Source of the DNA: Gammaproteobacteria bacterium
Lineage (GTDB): Bacteria > Pseudomonadota > Gammaproteobacteria > JBCCGL01
Direction: 5' to 3'
DNA: 64,000 nt
Assembly (NCBI GenBank): GCA_965277715.1
Contig: OZ255836.1
Span: 1,216,001-1,280,000 of the forward strand
The position numbers were made by a program, and so were the translations under genes. This document shows positions 10,874 to 20,601 of the stretch, in pieces. Below the pieces are notes generated by a model, which was not told the origin of the DNA, searched no databases, and saw nothing but the letters and a program-made list of their open reading frames with translations. How positions within the stretch are numbered: the stretch's first letter is position 1; the number at the start of each line of letters is the position of its first letter.

Positions 10874-11070
10874 TTCGATCACCTCTGCTACAAACACCTG
10901 ACTAAAAAATACGGTTTAGCACACGCTGTTTTTGCCATAAAAACGACTGTTTGTAACGTGATTCCAGAAAACGCATTTGAGCACAGAAAAATCTGCAATC
11001 GGGCACCGACGGGTAAGCACAGTTAAAGACAGTCTGCTATATTTCAGACACGCCCTTAGCGGTTTATCGT

Positions 11071-11766
11071 ATGAATACCAAACGCTACGCTTTTATCCTG
11101 TTAGCACTCTTTTTTATCTCACTAAAAAGTTATGCCTCTAATGACACCTTGCATGTGCTGGCCAGTTACCCCGATTATGATTTAAGCCTGAAGCATACGC
11201 GTACCGACACGCGCTTTGATGACAGTGCAGAACAAATCGAGATTCGCGATTCACGCGTGGGTTTATCGATTGCCGACCACTTGACTGACTGGTTAAAGAT
11301 TCGGCTCAGTGGTGGGGTGATCAGCTTTTCATTGGATGGATCGAGCCGCGTCGAAAATTTCGACCCGAGTGGTGAGTTTCTGTCATTGTCCCTCGAAGCT
11401 TATTTTCCAACCACCAGCAGCTTTGCCGTGGCACTCGCCACAGGCTATGAATACAATGCCGTTGAAGATGATGACAATCGTCAGAACCTGCGCTACCGTA
11501 TCAGCAAGCTTGATATTACACTGACCGGGGTCTACCACATAATGCCTTCATTTAGCCTCAGATTTGGCGTCAGCGGTCTGATACTGGAGGGGCGGGAACG
11601 ATTTCGTACAGCCACAACCAGCGTTACGCGTGATTTTGAGTCGCTCGACTCGCTGAGTGGTGTTTTACAGGCTGTCTTTCATACTAGAGAAAATGGGCAT
11701 ATCGGTATTACTGCCAGTGGTGGCGCACAAAACGCATTATCTGTTTACTTTCGCTATGCCTATTAG
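11071..11766 (+). CDS. Hypothetical exported protein, probable outer-membrane beta-barrel
   Basis: Signal peptide ending SYA, alternating amphipathic strands, C-terminal VYFRYAY beta-signal. Confidence 0.6.
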   Translation: MNTKRYAFILLALFFISLKSYASNDTLHVLASYPDYDLSLKHTRTDTRFDDSAEQIEIRDSRVGLSIADHLTDWLKIRLSGGVISFSLDGSSRVENFDPSGEFLSLSLEAYFPTTSSFAVALATGYEYNAVEDDDNRQNLRYRISKLDITLTGVYHIMPSFSLRFGVSGLILEGRERFRTATTSVTRDFESLDSLSGVLQAVFHTRENGHIGITASGGAQNALSVYFRYAY

Positions 11767-11914
11767 CGCCTGTCAGCGCGAATTTTTTCGGCTTTGGTCT
11801 AACTTCCCTCGTTTTTCGCTATGTTAGAATTGTTCTGGAAAGCGCAATATTGCCCTTAAACGAATTACTTTTCCTCTTCCATAAACTGTTCCTCTTCGAC
11901 AATAGGATTCAAAA

Positions 11915-12892
11915 ATGAAACAACCTGTTCGCGTTACTGTTACCGGCGCAGCCGGTCAAATTTGCTACTCCCTGTTATTTCGCATTGCCTCCGGCGCAAT
12001 GTGCGGGCCAGATCAACCTGTCATTCTGCAAATGCTGGAAATAACCCCGGCCCTGGGTGTGCTCAAAGCGGTTGAGATGGAGCTGAATGATTGTGCATTT
12101 CCGCTGCTTGCCGGTACGGTCTGTACCGATGACCCAAAAGCGGCTTTTGAAGGCGCCGATATCGCCCTGTTTGTTGGCGCCAAACCACGCGGCCCCGGTA
12201 TGGAGCGCAGTGATTTACTCGTCGATAACGGCAGGATTTTTATTTCATTGGGGGGGATTATCAATGAGGTCGCCAGCCGTGATATTAAAGTGTGTGTCGT
12301 CGGTAACCCGGCCAACACCAATGCCTGGATTTTGTCGCAGGCCGCCAGCAACCTAAACCCCCGCAACATCACCGCCCTGACCCGGCTCGACCACAACCGC
12401 GCCCTCTCCCAACTGGCCGAAAAAACGGCCAAGCAAGTGCCAGACATTACCAAAATGATTATCTGGGGCAACCACTCCACCACTCAGGTGCCTGACTTAA
12501 GCCACGCACTGATCGGCGGTGAAGCGGCGACCGGCAAAGTCGAGCAAAGCTGGGCGCAGGATACGTTTATTCCCACCGTAGCAAAGCGCGGGGCGGCAGT
12601 AATCGCGGCACGCGGCTCATCCAGTGCGGCCTCAGCCGGTAGCGGTGTGGTCGATCACGTTCACGATTGGTTGCTGGGCACAGCACCCGATGACTGGGTG
12701 AGCATGGCCGTGCCAAGCGATGGCAGTTACGGTATTGAAAAAGGGTTAATCTACTCTTTTCCAGTGACCTGCAAAAATGGCGAATACGAGATCGTGCAGG
12801 GCCTATCGTGCGATGCGTTTATCCAGCAGAAAATGAAAGCGAGTGAACAGGAGCTTATCGACGAGCGGGATACCGTTAAATCACTGATGTGA
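11915..12892 (+). CDS. mdh: Malate dehydrogenase (type 2)
   Basis: [39 protein letters not shown]. Confidence 0.97.
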   Translation: MKQPVRVTVTGAAGQICYSLLFRIASGAMCGPDQPVILQMLEITPALGVLKAVEMELNDCAFPLLAGTVCTDDPKAAFEGADIALFVGAKPRGPGMERSDLLVDNGRIFISLGGIINEVASRDIKVCVVGNPANTNAWILSQAASNLNPRNITALTRLDHNRALSQLAEKTAKQVPDITKMIIWGNHSTTQVPDLSHALIGGEAATGKVEQSWAQDTFIPTVAKRGAAVIAARGSSSAASAGSGVVDHVHDWLLGTAPDDWVSMAVPSDGSYGIEKGLIYSFPVTCKNGEYEIVQGLSCDAFIQQKMKASEQELIDERDTVKSLM

Positions 12893-12907
12893 TATAGCGC
12901 GCTTAGT

Positions 12908-12941
12908 ACGGTAGAGGCGCGTTATACCGCGCCTCTACCGT
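12908..12941. repeat. GTAG-type REP-like 14-bp perfect palindrome between convergent mdh and msrQ; possible bidirectional terminator
   Basis: ACGGTAGAGGCGCG-TTATAC-CGCGCCTCTACCGT; contains the msrQ stop codon. Confidence 0.6.
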
Positions 12942-13510
12942 TTTGACAGGCGGGTAACCAAACGGTACGCCAGCAACACAATAACCACCAGCAAATAAAC
13001 TGTTGGCGCTAATAAATCCGCCTTTACCAGCCACACATAATGCAATAACACCATGACCGAAATGGGATAAACCAGCGTGTGCAGTGGTTTCCATTTTTGT
13101 CGAAGCCTGCGAATCATTATTTTATTCGACGTGATAGCCAATGGAATCAACAGTACAAAAGCCAAAAAACCGACAGCAATATAGGGTCGTTTACCAATAT
13201 CGACAACAATATCCACCCAATTAAAAAACTGATCGAGCCACAAGTAGGTGGTTAGATGCAGACTGGCATAAAAAAACGCATACAGCCCCAACATTCGCCG
13301 AATACGTAGTGGCCAGGCCCAGCCCGACACCCCTCGCAATGGCGTCGCACACAAAGTCAACAAAAGAAACCGCAACCCCCACTCCCCGGTTTCGTGGGTG
13401 AGCGTTTCGACCGGATTAGCACCCAGATTATTAGTGAACGCCGCATAAACCAATGCAGCCAACGGCAGCAGGCTGAAGATAAAAACCAATGGTTTTAGCG
13501 TTTTAGACAT
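12935..13510 (-). CDS. msrQ: Protein-methionine-sulfoxide reductase heme-binding subunit MsrQ (YedZ)
   Basis: GANPVE...TG.W, RRMLGLYAFFYASLH, WK.LH.LVY. Confidence 0.92.
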   Translation of the reverse strand: MSKTLKPLVFIFSLLPLAALVYAAFTNNLGANPVETLTHETGEWGLRFLLLTLCATPLRGVSGWAWPLRIRRMLGLYAFFYASLHLTTYLWLDQFFNWVDIVVDIGKRPYIAVGFLAFVLLIPLAITSNKIMIRRLRQKWKPLHTLVYPISVMVLLHYVWLVKADLLAPTVYLLVVIVLLAYRLVTRLSKR

Positions 13511-13558
13511 CGCTTACAAAATTACATAAGGTGAGGTTGACACACAGGGTATGCGACA

Positions 13559-14596
13559 TCAAATTTCTTCACCACCACTCTCAGCCCGCACCTGATTAGA
13601 GGCCGTTTCACTGACTTTTTCATCAAGCCGAGTACCAATAACACGACTACCGGCCCCCTTTTTCTGCGCCAGCAGACACAGATAATCGTGACCGATAGTG
13701 GCCGCTGCCAGCGCAGTAATCTCAGCATTATCGTAAACCGGCGCGACCTCGACAATATCCATGCCAATCAAATTCAACTCACCGAGCGAACGCAAAATAC
13801 CTAAGGCTTGCGCGGTACTTAACCCGCCGACAACCGGCGTGCCGGTGCCCGGCGCAAATGCCGGGTCCAGACAATCAATATCAAAGGTGATATAGACGGG
13901 ATTTTCTCTACCGACACACTGATAAATTTTATCGATGGTCGCCTCGACACCCTGCGAATGCACCCACGGTGCATGCAAAATGTTAAAACCGTGCGTGCAA
14001 TCGTTCTGTGTGCGAATGCCAATCTGCACCGATTTTTCTGGCACCACAACCCCTTCACGGGCGGCGCGCAAAAACATCGAACCGTGATCGAGCCGTTCAC
14101 CGTCATCTTCCCAGGTATCGGAATGCGCGTCGAAGTGCACCAGTGAAATGGGGCCATGCACTTTGGCATGAGCGCACAGTAACGGGTAGGTGATAAAATG
14201 GTCACCGCCAAAACTCAGCATTGATGTACCCGCAGAGAGGATTTTATCGGCGTGACGTTGAATCTTCTCAACCACGTGTTGTGGGTAACCATAGTCCAGC
14301 CACACATCGCCATAATCGACGACCGCGAGAAAATCAAACGGATTAAAGTTAAACGGGAAACCATCCAGCGCAGCGACTTCGGTCGAAGCCGCACGAATAC
14401 CTCTGGGGCCAAAGCGGGTACCGGGGCGATTGCTGGTGGCACAGTCAAACGGTATCCCCGTTACCGCCACATCCACCCCACTCAGGTCACGGGTGTACTT
14501 TCGGCGTAGGAAACTCAGCGCCCCAGAGTACCCCATATCGTTTGAGCGACCGTATAAGTCGTTTCGGCGGAACGCGCCATCACCTGCTATTGCCAT
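13559..14596 (-). CDS. speB: Agmatinase (ureohydrolase family)
   Basis: GGDH, DAHSD, TFDIDCLDPAFAPGTGTP, RPGTRFGP. Confidence 0.88.
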   Translation of the reverse strand: MAIAGDGAFRRNDLYGRSNDMGYSGALSFLRRKYTRDLSGVDVAVTGIPFDCATSNRPGTRFGPRGIRAASTEVAALDGFPFNFNPFDFLAVVDYGDVWLDYGYPQHVVEKIQRHADKILSAGTSMLSFGGDHFITYPLLCAHAKVHGPISLVHFDAHSDTWEDDGERLDHGSMFLRAAREGVVVPEKSVQIGIRTQNDCTHGFNILHAPWVHSQGVEATIDKIYQCVGRENPVYITFDIDCLDPAFAPGTGTPVVGGLSTAQALGILRSLGELNLIGMDIVEVAPVYDNAEITALAAATIGHDYLCLLAQKKGAGSRVIGTRLDEKVSETASNQVRAESGGEEI

Positions 14597-14619
14597 AGAT
14601 TTTACTTTATAAGTTAGTT

Positions 14620-15081
14620 TTAATAGATTGTTTTTAATAAAATTTTATCAATTACTTTAGGCAGCGTGAGAAAAAATCCCATCATGCCAATTAACAACAC
14701 CATATTTCGATTAAGTGCTTTTTGTGTCGTTGTTTCGATTTCTGAGCACAGTAAATCAAACTTGCCTTCCATATCTGTTTTTAAGCGATCAAATTTTCCC
14801 TCCAGACCCAGAAACTTGCCATCAAGGCCCATGAACTTTCCTTCAACGCCGACAAATTTGTCCTCCAGCCCTCGGAAGTCCTCTCGCAACCCCTGCACAC
14901 TTTCGGTGATTTGATCCATGCGCTGATCGAGGTGGTTGATATGATTGTATTGCGATTTTAGCAATAAGGTATTGGTATCATCATTCGATAAGCCTTCGCC
15001 ATTGGTAAAACGGGTTTCAATGTCCGCCAGTTTGGGGGCTATCATTTTAATTAACATATCATCTACTTTAGTGCTATCCAT
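14620..15081 (-). CDS. Hypothetical coiled-coil protein with heptad repeats and C-terminal TM anchor (DUF1640/CCDC90-like architecture)
   Basis: G(L/V)(E/D)(G/D)KF heptads, hydrophobic tail MVLLIGMMGFFLTL. Confidence 0.6.
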   Translation of the reverse strand: MDSTKVDDMLIKMIAPKLADIETRFTNGEGLSNDDTNTLLLKSQYNHINHLDQRMDQITESVQGLREDFRGLEDKFVGVEGKFMGLDGKFLGLEGKFDRLKTDMEGKFDLLCSEIETTTQKALNRNMVLLIGMMGFFLTLPKVIDKILLKTIY

Positions 15082-15263
15082 AAAACTCTGCTGATTTTAG
15101 TTGAATTCGCAGTGAATAAGGCGCGACGAAGACAAAGACTAACAGAAAAACACGGAACGCTTCTCCATCAATGGCATTGACCTTGCCCAATCACATACCG
15201 CATTGAATTTTTTTGCTCAGCAAAACCGATGTGCCTTGTCACAGAATGTATCCAACACATTTT

Positions 15264-16169
15264 TCAACAGGCGGCTGATATTGTTGTAGCATCACGCAAC
15301 GCTTCTGCCGTTAGTACAAACACCCCATCACCGCCATTGGCAAACTCAGGCCAGAGGAAGGGGTATTCCGGGTATTTGTCCATCAGCGCCGATGCACTGT
15401 TGCCCACCTCGACGACCAATAAACCATCCGGCGCCAGATAACGGCCCGCTTCAGCCAAAATAGTATCAACAAGGGTTAAACCATCATCTCCTGCCGCCAA
15501 ACCCAGCACAGGTTCGTGTCGAAACTCTACGGGTAGCGCCTCCATATCCTGCTTATCCACGTAGGGTGGGTTGCTGACAATAAGATCAAAACAGCCATCC
15601 ATTTGGCTATCAAACCGGGCAAATAAATCGCTTTCCAGTAATGTCACCCGTTTTTCCAACTGATGGCGTTTTACGTTTTCTGCGGCGACATCCAGGGCCG
15701 CACACGATACATCCGAGGCGACCACCTGCGCATCGGCAAACGCATAAGCACAGGCGATACCAATACAGGCACTGCCCGTACACAAATCGAGTACATTGTG
15801 TACCTCACTGGGTATCAACCAATCACTAAACCCATCGACAAGCAATTCAGCAATAGGCGAACGGGGTATTAGTACATGCTGGTTGACAAAAAATGCCAAT
15901 CCGGCAAACCAGGCGCTATGAATTAGATAGGCGAGTGGGCAGCGCTGTTCGATCCGCTGTGCCAGGAGTGTATCGATACGCTCGACCTGTTCGCTATCGA
16001 TAAGCTGCTCATACCCCTCAAACGGCTGATCTACGGGCAGCCCGGCAACGTGCAATACCAGCCAGTGCGCTTCATCCAGCGCATTGTCTGTACCGTGGCC
16101 AAAAAACACCCCGGCTTCGTCGAGCTGCTCAGCAACGCGCCGAATAACAGCTTCATAAGTGATCGACAA
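15264..16169 (-). CDS. prmB: 50S ribosomal protein L3 N5-glutamine methyltransferase
   Basis: FGHGTDNA.DEA, LIPRSPIAEL, LDLCTGS, SNPPY, VEVGNS. Confidence 0.95.
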   Translation of the reverse strand: MSITYEAVIRRVAEQLDEAGVFFGHGTDNALDEAHWLVLHVAGLPVDQPFEGYEQLIDSEQVERIDTLLAQRIEQRCPLAYLIHSAWFAGLAFFVNQHVLIPRSPIAELLVDGFSDWLIPSEVHNVLDLCTGSACIGIACAYAFADAQVVASDVSCAALDVAAENVKRHQLEKRVTLLESDLFARFDSQMDGCFDLIVSNPPYVDKQDMEALPVEFRHEPVLGLAAGDDGLTLVDTILAEAGRYLAPDGLLVVEVGNSASALMDKYPEYPFLWPEFANGGDGVFVLTAEALRDATTISAAC

Positions 16170-16392
16170 TGATTATCCCCAAAATGCATACAGTGTAACC
16201 TTAAACCGACTCCCCCCCAATTAAGAGCGCTGATCTTTCTAAAACATCACGAGTGAAACCTCACTCCCTTTACACAACCTGCATAGAAACACAAAAACCT
16301 GATCCCCTAGCCAATCAGCACCTCTTCACCGGTTTACAATCACCCCATACGCGGGCATTATCCGCCCGACTTTTACCCAATACACCGAAGCC

Positions 16393-17070
16393 ATGCAAAA
16401 AAGATTTTGTCGCAAATGCTTTTTACTCAGCTTTGTTGCGCTGTTCGCTTTGATTTGTGGCTATTGGGCATCGACACTGGGCGACAAACCCACCCTTGAT
16501 ACGGGTGAGTTACAGGCAACACTGAAACAGGCGACATTATTGCCCGCTGACTTTCGCCAGGTGCCTGAATTTGCAATGTACAACCAACACCAACAGACAG
16601 TGGGCCGTGAATTATTCCTCGACACCTGGTCACTGGTATTTTTTGGCTACACCAGTTGCCCGGATATTTGCCCGGTATCAATGGCCGTACTCAAACAGGC
16701 CCAACAGATAATCGCCGAGGCACAGACCCAATCGTCCACACAAGCACCCGACACACCACACATCGTATTTATCAGTGTCGACCCAATGCGCGATACCGCT
16801 GAACGACTGAAAGCTTATATGGATTATTTTGATAAAGATTTTCTTGGATTAAGTGGCGACCAATCTGAAATACTGGCACTGACACGCACTCTGGGTATTG
16901 CCTACAAAATTGGTAGCGACGCAGAGACCAACCCCAACTATCTGGTCGATCACTCGGCTGTTTTTTTACTGATCAATCCCTCAGCGGGTTTGCAGGCCAT
17001 ATTCTCTGCCCCACACGACCCGGAAACCATCGCCAGCGACTACCTGAAAATACGACAGGCAGTCAATTGA
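16393..17070 (+). CDS. SCO1/SenC family copper chaperone
   Basis: FFGYTSCPDICP (CxxxC), SVDP.RD, YLVDHS. Confidence 0.93.
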   Translation: MQKRFCRKCFLLSFVALFALICGYWASTLGDKPTLDTGELQATLKQATLLPADFRQVPEFAMYNQHQQTVGRELFLDTWSLVFFGYTSCPDICPVSMAVLKQAQQIIAEAQTQSSTQAPDTPHIVFISVDPMRDTAERLKAYMDYFDKDFLGLSGDQSEILALTRTLGIAYKIGSDAETNPNYLVDHSAVFLLINPSAGLQAIFSAPHDPETIASDYLKIRQAVN

Positions 17071-17501
17071 GTATTTTCCCCCGCCTGTATTTACTGCTGT
17101 TATTCGGTCTATTATCCAGTAGTGGCGCTGTGCTTGCCGCGCCACCACTCGCTGTTAGCCATGCCGTTATTCGCGAGGCACCACCGGGGCTGCGCACTAA
17201 CGCCGCCTACGCTCATTTAGAAAATAACAGCAATAAAACAATTATTGTCCACACCATTAGCAGCGATTCGTTCGCATCCATCGAAATGCATTTAAGCCGC
17301 ATTGTGAACGGCATTGCGACGATGCAAGCCCAGCCTGAACTGCGTATTAGCGCGGGTGAAACAGCTATATTACAACCTGGCGCCTATCATCTTATGTTAC
17401 TCAATGCACAACAGGCATTGCGTGACGGTGACCGTGTAACCCTTACCCTGCATACGACTATCGGTGATATTCACGCCGTATTTGGTGTAAAACGTTTTTA
17501 A
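17067..17501 (+). CDS. PCu(A)C periplasmic copper chaperone
   Basis: Signal peptide, EMH...M...PGAYHLML motif. Confidence 0.9.
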   Translation: MSIFPRLYLLLLFGLLSSSGAVLAAPPLAVSHAVIREAPPGLRTNAAYAHLENNSNKTIIVHTISSDSFASIEMHLSRIVNGIATMQAQPELRISAGETAILQPGAYHLMLLNAQQALRDGDRVTLTLHTTIGDIHAVFGVKRF

Positions 17502-17509
17502 TTAACAGT

Positions 17510-18373
17510 ATGGACAACGCATTGATTGATAAACTTAAATCCTGGCTTCTTTACCCACTGCCACACCACGCTATTTCGCGCCTGATATTTTGGTTAACAC
17601 GGCGTGAAACGCAACTGGCACAACCGTTTATGCGCTGGTTTGCGAGACGCTATGGCGTCGATATGAATGAAGCAAAGCATATTCACTTCGCGTATTACAC
17701 CAGCTTCAACGCTTTTTTTACCCGCGAATTAAAAGAGACTGCACGCGTGGTGACAATGGATACACAGTGTATTGCCTGCCCGGTGGATGGCACAGTTTCA
17801 CAAGCAGGCCGTATTCATGGCGGCCAGTTATTTCAAGCCAAAGGGCACACGTATTCACTGACAGCACTATTGGGAGGTAACAAAGAGGACGCCGCCCCAT
17901 TTATTGGGGGGAAATTTGCCACGTTGTATTTATCACCCCGTGACTACCACCGCATTCATATGCCGCTGGATGCCCGGCTCAGCAAAATGCTACACATACC
18001 AGGCCGCCTGTTTAGCGTTGCGCCGCACACGGTACGCAATATACCGGGGCTATTTGCACGCAACGAGCGCGTGGTTGCACTGTTTGATTCTGCCGCTGGA
18101 AATATGGCGATGATTCTTGTCGGTGCGATTAATGTAGCGGCGATTGAAACCGTATGGGCGGGACTGGTAACGCCTCCAACACGCAAAACAATCAGCCATT
18201 GGGATTACCAGAGCAGTGCGCCAACACTCACTAAAGGAAGCGAGATGGGTCGCTTCAATATGGGTTCGACGGTGATTTTATTGATGCAGAATAACAGTGA
18301 GTTCAACGATAAAATTATCGCCGGTGGCAAGATTAAAATGGGGGAATCGATCGGGATGTTTACGCCGCGATAA
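17510..18373 (+). CDS. psd: Phosphatidylserine decarboxylase proenzyme
   Basis: FNAFFTR, YLSPRDYHRIH, RFNMGST pyruvoyl cleavage motif. Confidence 0.95.
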   Translation: MDNALIDKLKSWLLYPLPHHAISRLIFWLTRRETQLAQPFMRWFARRYGVDMNEAKHIHFAYYTSFNAFFTRELKETARVVTMDTQCIACPVDGTVSQAGRIHGGQLFQAKGHTYSLTALLGGNKEDAAPFIGGKFATLYLSPRDYHRIHMPLDARLSKMLHIPGRLFSVAPHTVRNIPGLFARNERVVALFDSAAGNMAMILVGAINVAAIETVWAGLVTPPTRKTISHWDYQSSAPTLTKGSEMGRFNMGSTVILLMQNNSEFNDKIIAGGKIKMGESIGMFTPR

Positions 18374-18839
18374 TTTGCCGGTCTAACAACCATTGGTGTG
18401 CATCCTCAGCATCTGACTCGAACCAGGCACGCGCCGAGCCCAGCCTAAAACTGTAACCCCAGGCATCCATATCCATCATTAAACGCTCAGCACCCAATGC
18501 TTCGATACGGCTTCCCAGCACAATTTGCAAATAACAGACAGCGTTTTCCTCGCCGTCATCGCCACCGGCATTGGTATGTAACACCTGCCGACGCGACGTG
18601 GGCATACACACAAAGTGGCAGGCTTCATGGAGTACTGAGTGCACAGGTGTATCATCGCGATAATAAAGTGTGTTGGCAATCAATCCCGCTTCCGGTTCGC
18701 CCCAATAGCTACCGGGTATTGGTTCACCGCTAGCGATACGCACAAAATTCAGGGCGTATTGCTCAAAGTGGGCACTGACCGCCGCAAGTGCCACTGCGTG
18801 CATTAATAATACCTTGTGCTGTGGTTCAGGCGTGTTCAT
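18360..18839 (-). CDS. Hypothetical HExxH metalloprotein, possibly distantly EpmC/YfcM-like
   Basis: HSVLHEACH motif with downstream EE; start overlaps the epmA 3' end by 14 nt. Confidence 0.75.
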   Translation of the reverse strand: MNTPEPQHKVLLMHAVALAAVSAHFEQYALNFVRIASGEPIPGSYWGEPEAGLIANTLYYRDDTPVHSVLHEACHFVCMPTSRRQVLHTNAGGDDGEENAVCYLQIVLGSRIEALGAERLMMDMDAWGYSFRLGSARAWFESDAEDAHQWLLDRQIIAA

Positions 18840-19785
18840 AAGAGAATGCCATCACGTCCTTTATATGGGGTTTGCCCAGAGATGCCATCAGCAATCGATC
18901 CAGCCCCAGTGCGACCCCCGCACAACCCGGTAGACCGTGGTGTAGTGCAGCGATCAGTTTTTCATCAATAGGTGGAGCGTGTTTGCCTTGACTGGTGCGG
19001 CGCGCCCGCTCGACCTGAAAACGTGTGTACTGTTCATCGGCGTTGTCCAGTTCGTGAAAGCCATTGGCTAACTCCAACTCACCCCAGTACACCTCAAAAC
19101 GCTCGGCAACCGCCGGGTTATCCGGTTTGATGCGCGCTAATGCCGCCTGCGAGGCGGGATAATCGTAAATAAACGTCAGCTTGTTCTGGGGAAACCGGGG
19201 AGCAACGCACTCCCCCATCAACCAATCAAGCCAGGTATCTTTATCGGTGATACCCGTTGGGGTAGATGTTGATACCCGCTGTGCATACGCACAAATTGAT
19301 TCAGTACTGGTTTCAACATCAAGACCTGCGTACTGCAAAAAAGCCTCGTGGTAACTAAGGCGCTGTGCGGTGTGCCGGTTTAGTTCAGGCGCAAGCTGGC
19401 CGAGCAATGCCTCCATTTCGTTCATTAAGTCATGGTGATCAAAGCCTGTTCGATACCACTCCAGTAGGGTGAACTCAGGGTTGTGATAACGCCCTACCTC
19501 ACCCTGTCGAAACACTTTGCATATCTGATAGATGTCACCCATGCCCGCCGCCAACAAGCGCTTCATTGGAAATTCCGGGCTGGTGTGCAGGTAGTTCACT
19601 TCAGCACTGCCATCCACCTGGGTGTGCAGGCTTTCGACATTGGGGTCGCATACTGAAGCCCTCGATAGCGTGGGGGTATCCACTTCTAACACGCCACGCT
19701 GATTAAAAAATGCGCGTGTGGCGCGCAACATATCGGCGCGGTAGTGCAGTGTGTCACGGTCGGCCACAGGTCGCCAATCGACCAC
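18826..19785 (-). CDS. epmA: EF-P lysine aminoacylase EpmA (GenX/PoxA)
   Basis: Truncated LysRS catalytic domain: LHTSPEFPMKRLL, HNPEFTLLEWY, ELANGFHEL, GVALGLDRL; AAGGAG RBS before GTG. Confidence 0.95.
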   Translation of the reverse strand: MVDWRPVADRDTLHYRADMLRATRAFFNQRGVLEVDTPTLSRASVCDPNVESLHTQVDGSAEVNYLHTSPEFPMKRLLAAGMGDIYQICKVFRQGEVGRYHNPEFTLLEWYRTGFDHHDLMNEMEALLGQLAPELNRHTAQRLSYHEAFLQYAGLDVETSTESICAYAQRVSTSTPTGITDKDTWLDWLMGECVAPRFPQNKLTFIYDYPASQAALARIKPDNPAVAERFEVYWGELELANGFHELDNADEQYTRFQVERARRTSQGKHAPPIDEKLIAALHHGLPGCAGVALGLDRLLMASLGKPHIKDVMAFSYEHA

Positions 19786-19815
19786 GCTTGCGCTCCTTCT
19801 TCAGCGCAATTTCAG

Positions 19816-20385
19816 TCAGTCTTTCACACGGGAAACATACTCACCTGTGCGAGTATCCACCCGGATGATCTCTCCCTCTTCGACAAACAAAGGTACTTTG
19901 ACAACGGCACCCGCTTCAAGCGTTGCCGGTTTATTGCCGCCCTGAGCTGTATCACCGCGCATACCGGGATCAGTTTGCACTATTTTCATTTCCACAAAAT
20001 TGGGGGGGGTAACGATAAGCGGGTCACCATTCCACAGGGTAATTTCACAGGTATCCTGTTCCTTTAGCCACTTGGCCGCGTCTCCCACTGCCGCTTCACC
20101 CGCAGCCAGTTGCTCGTAGGTTTCCGGGTGCATAAAGTGCCAAAATTCACCATCGTTGTAGAGAAATTGCATATCGGTATCGACGACATCAGCGGCTTCG
20201 ACGCTATCACCCGATTTAAAGGTACGCTCAACCACACGGGCGGTTTTCAGGTTACGTATTTTCACACGGTTAAACGCCTGGCCTTTGCCCGGCTTGACGA
20301 ATTCATTCTCAATAATCGAACAAGGATCACCATCGAGCATGATTTTCAAACCGCCCTTAAATTCATTAGTGTTGTAGCTGGCCAT
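19816..20385 (-). CDS. efp: Elongation factor P
   Basis: VKPGKGQAF (Lys34 loop), [14 protein letters not shown]. Confidence 0.98.
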   Translation of the reverse strand: MASYNTNEFKGGLKIMLDGDPCSIIENEFVKPGKGQAFNRVKIRNLKTARVVERTFKSGDSVEAADVVDTDMQFLYNDGEFWHFMHPETYEQLAAGEAAVGDAAKWLKEQDTCEITLWNGDPLIVTPPNFVEMKIVQTDPGMRGDTAQGGNKPATLEAGAVVKVPLFVEEGEIIRVDTRTGEYVSRVKD

Positions 20386-20553
20386 GATTAGTCCCGGTTA
20401 TTTTGTAACCAGGTAGTATATCGTGAAATCTAAAAGGTTTGGCACCAGCGTCAGTGGAAACACAATGAATCCTGCATAACCCTGATAGCGAGGCGACTAC
20501 TCATATCGAGGTAGCAGAACAGTCTTTCTCCAGACACTGAAATCGGCATATAC

Positions 20554-20601
20554 TTAGCCCCCCTGTATTAACCTGCACACAAGTAAACACATGGGGCTTA
20601 G
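20554..20601. repeat. 48-bp YTAR-flanked palindromic mini-element, copy 1
   Basis: TTAG-CCCCCCTGTATTAACCTGCACACAAGTAAACACATGGGGC-TTAG; closely matches the reverse complement of 25214-25261. Confidence 0.8.

Noticed and set aside
10928-10950. GbdR/SouR-like AraC site upstream of the dimethylglycine dehydrogenase
   Set aside because: Only a loose single half-site (GTCGTTTTTATGGCA on the minus strand) and no regulator gene nearby
16230-16266. Hammerhead ribozyme (GAAAC plus small stem)
   Set aside because: No CUGANGA core on either strand
20420-20520. Possible epmB/kamA remnant (WHQRQWKHNESCIT)
   Set aside because: Too short and too weak a resemblance to call without a search
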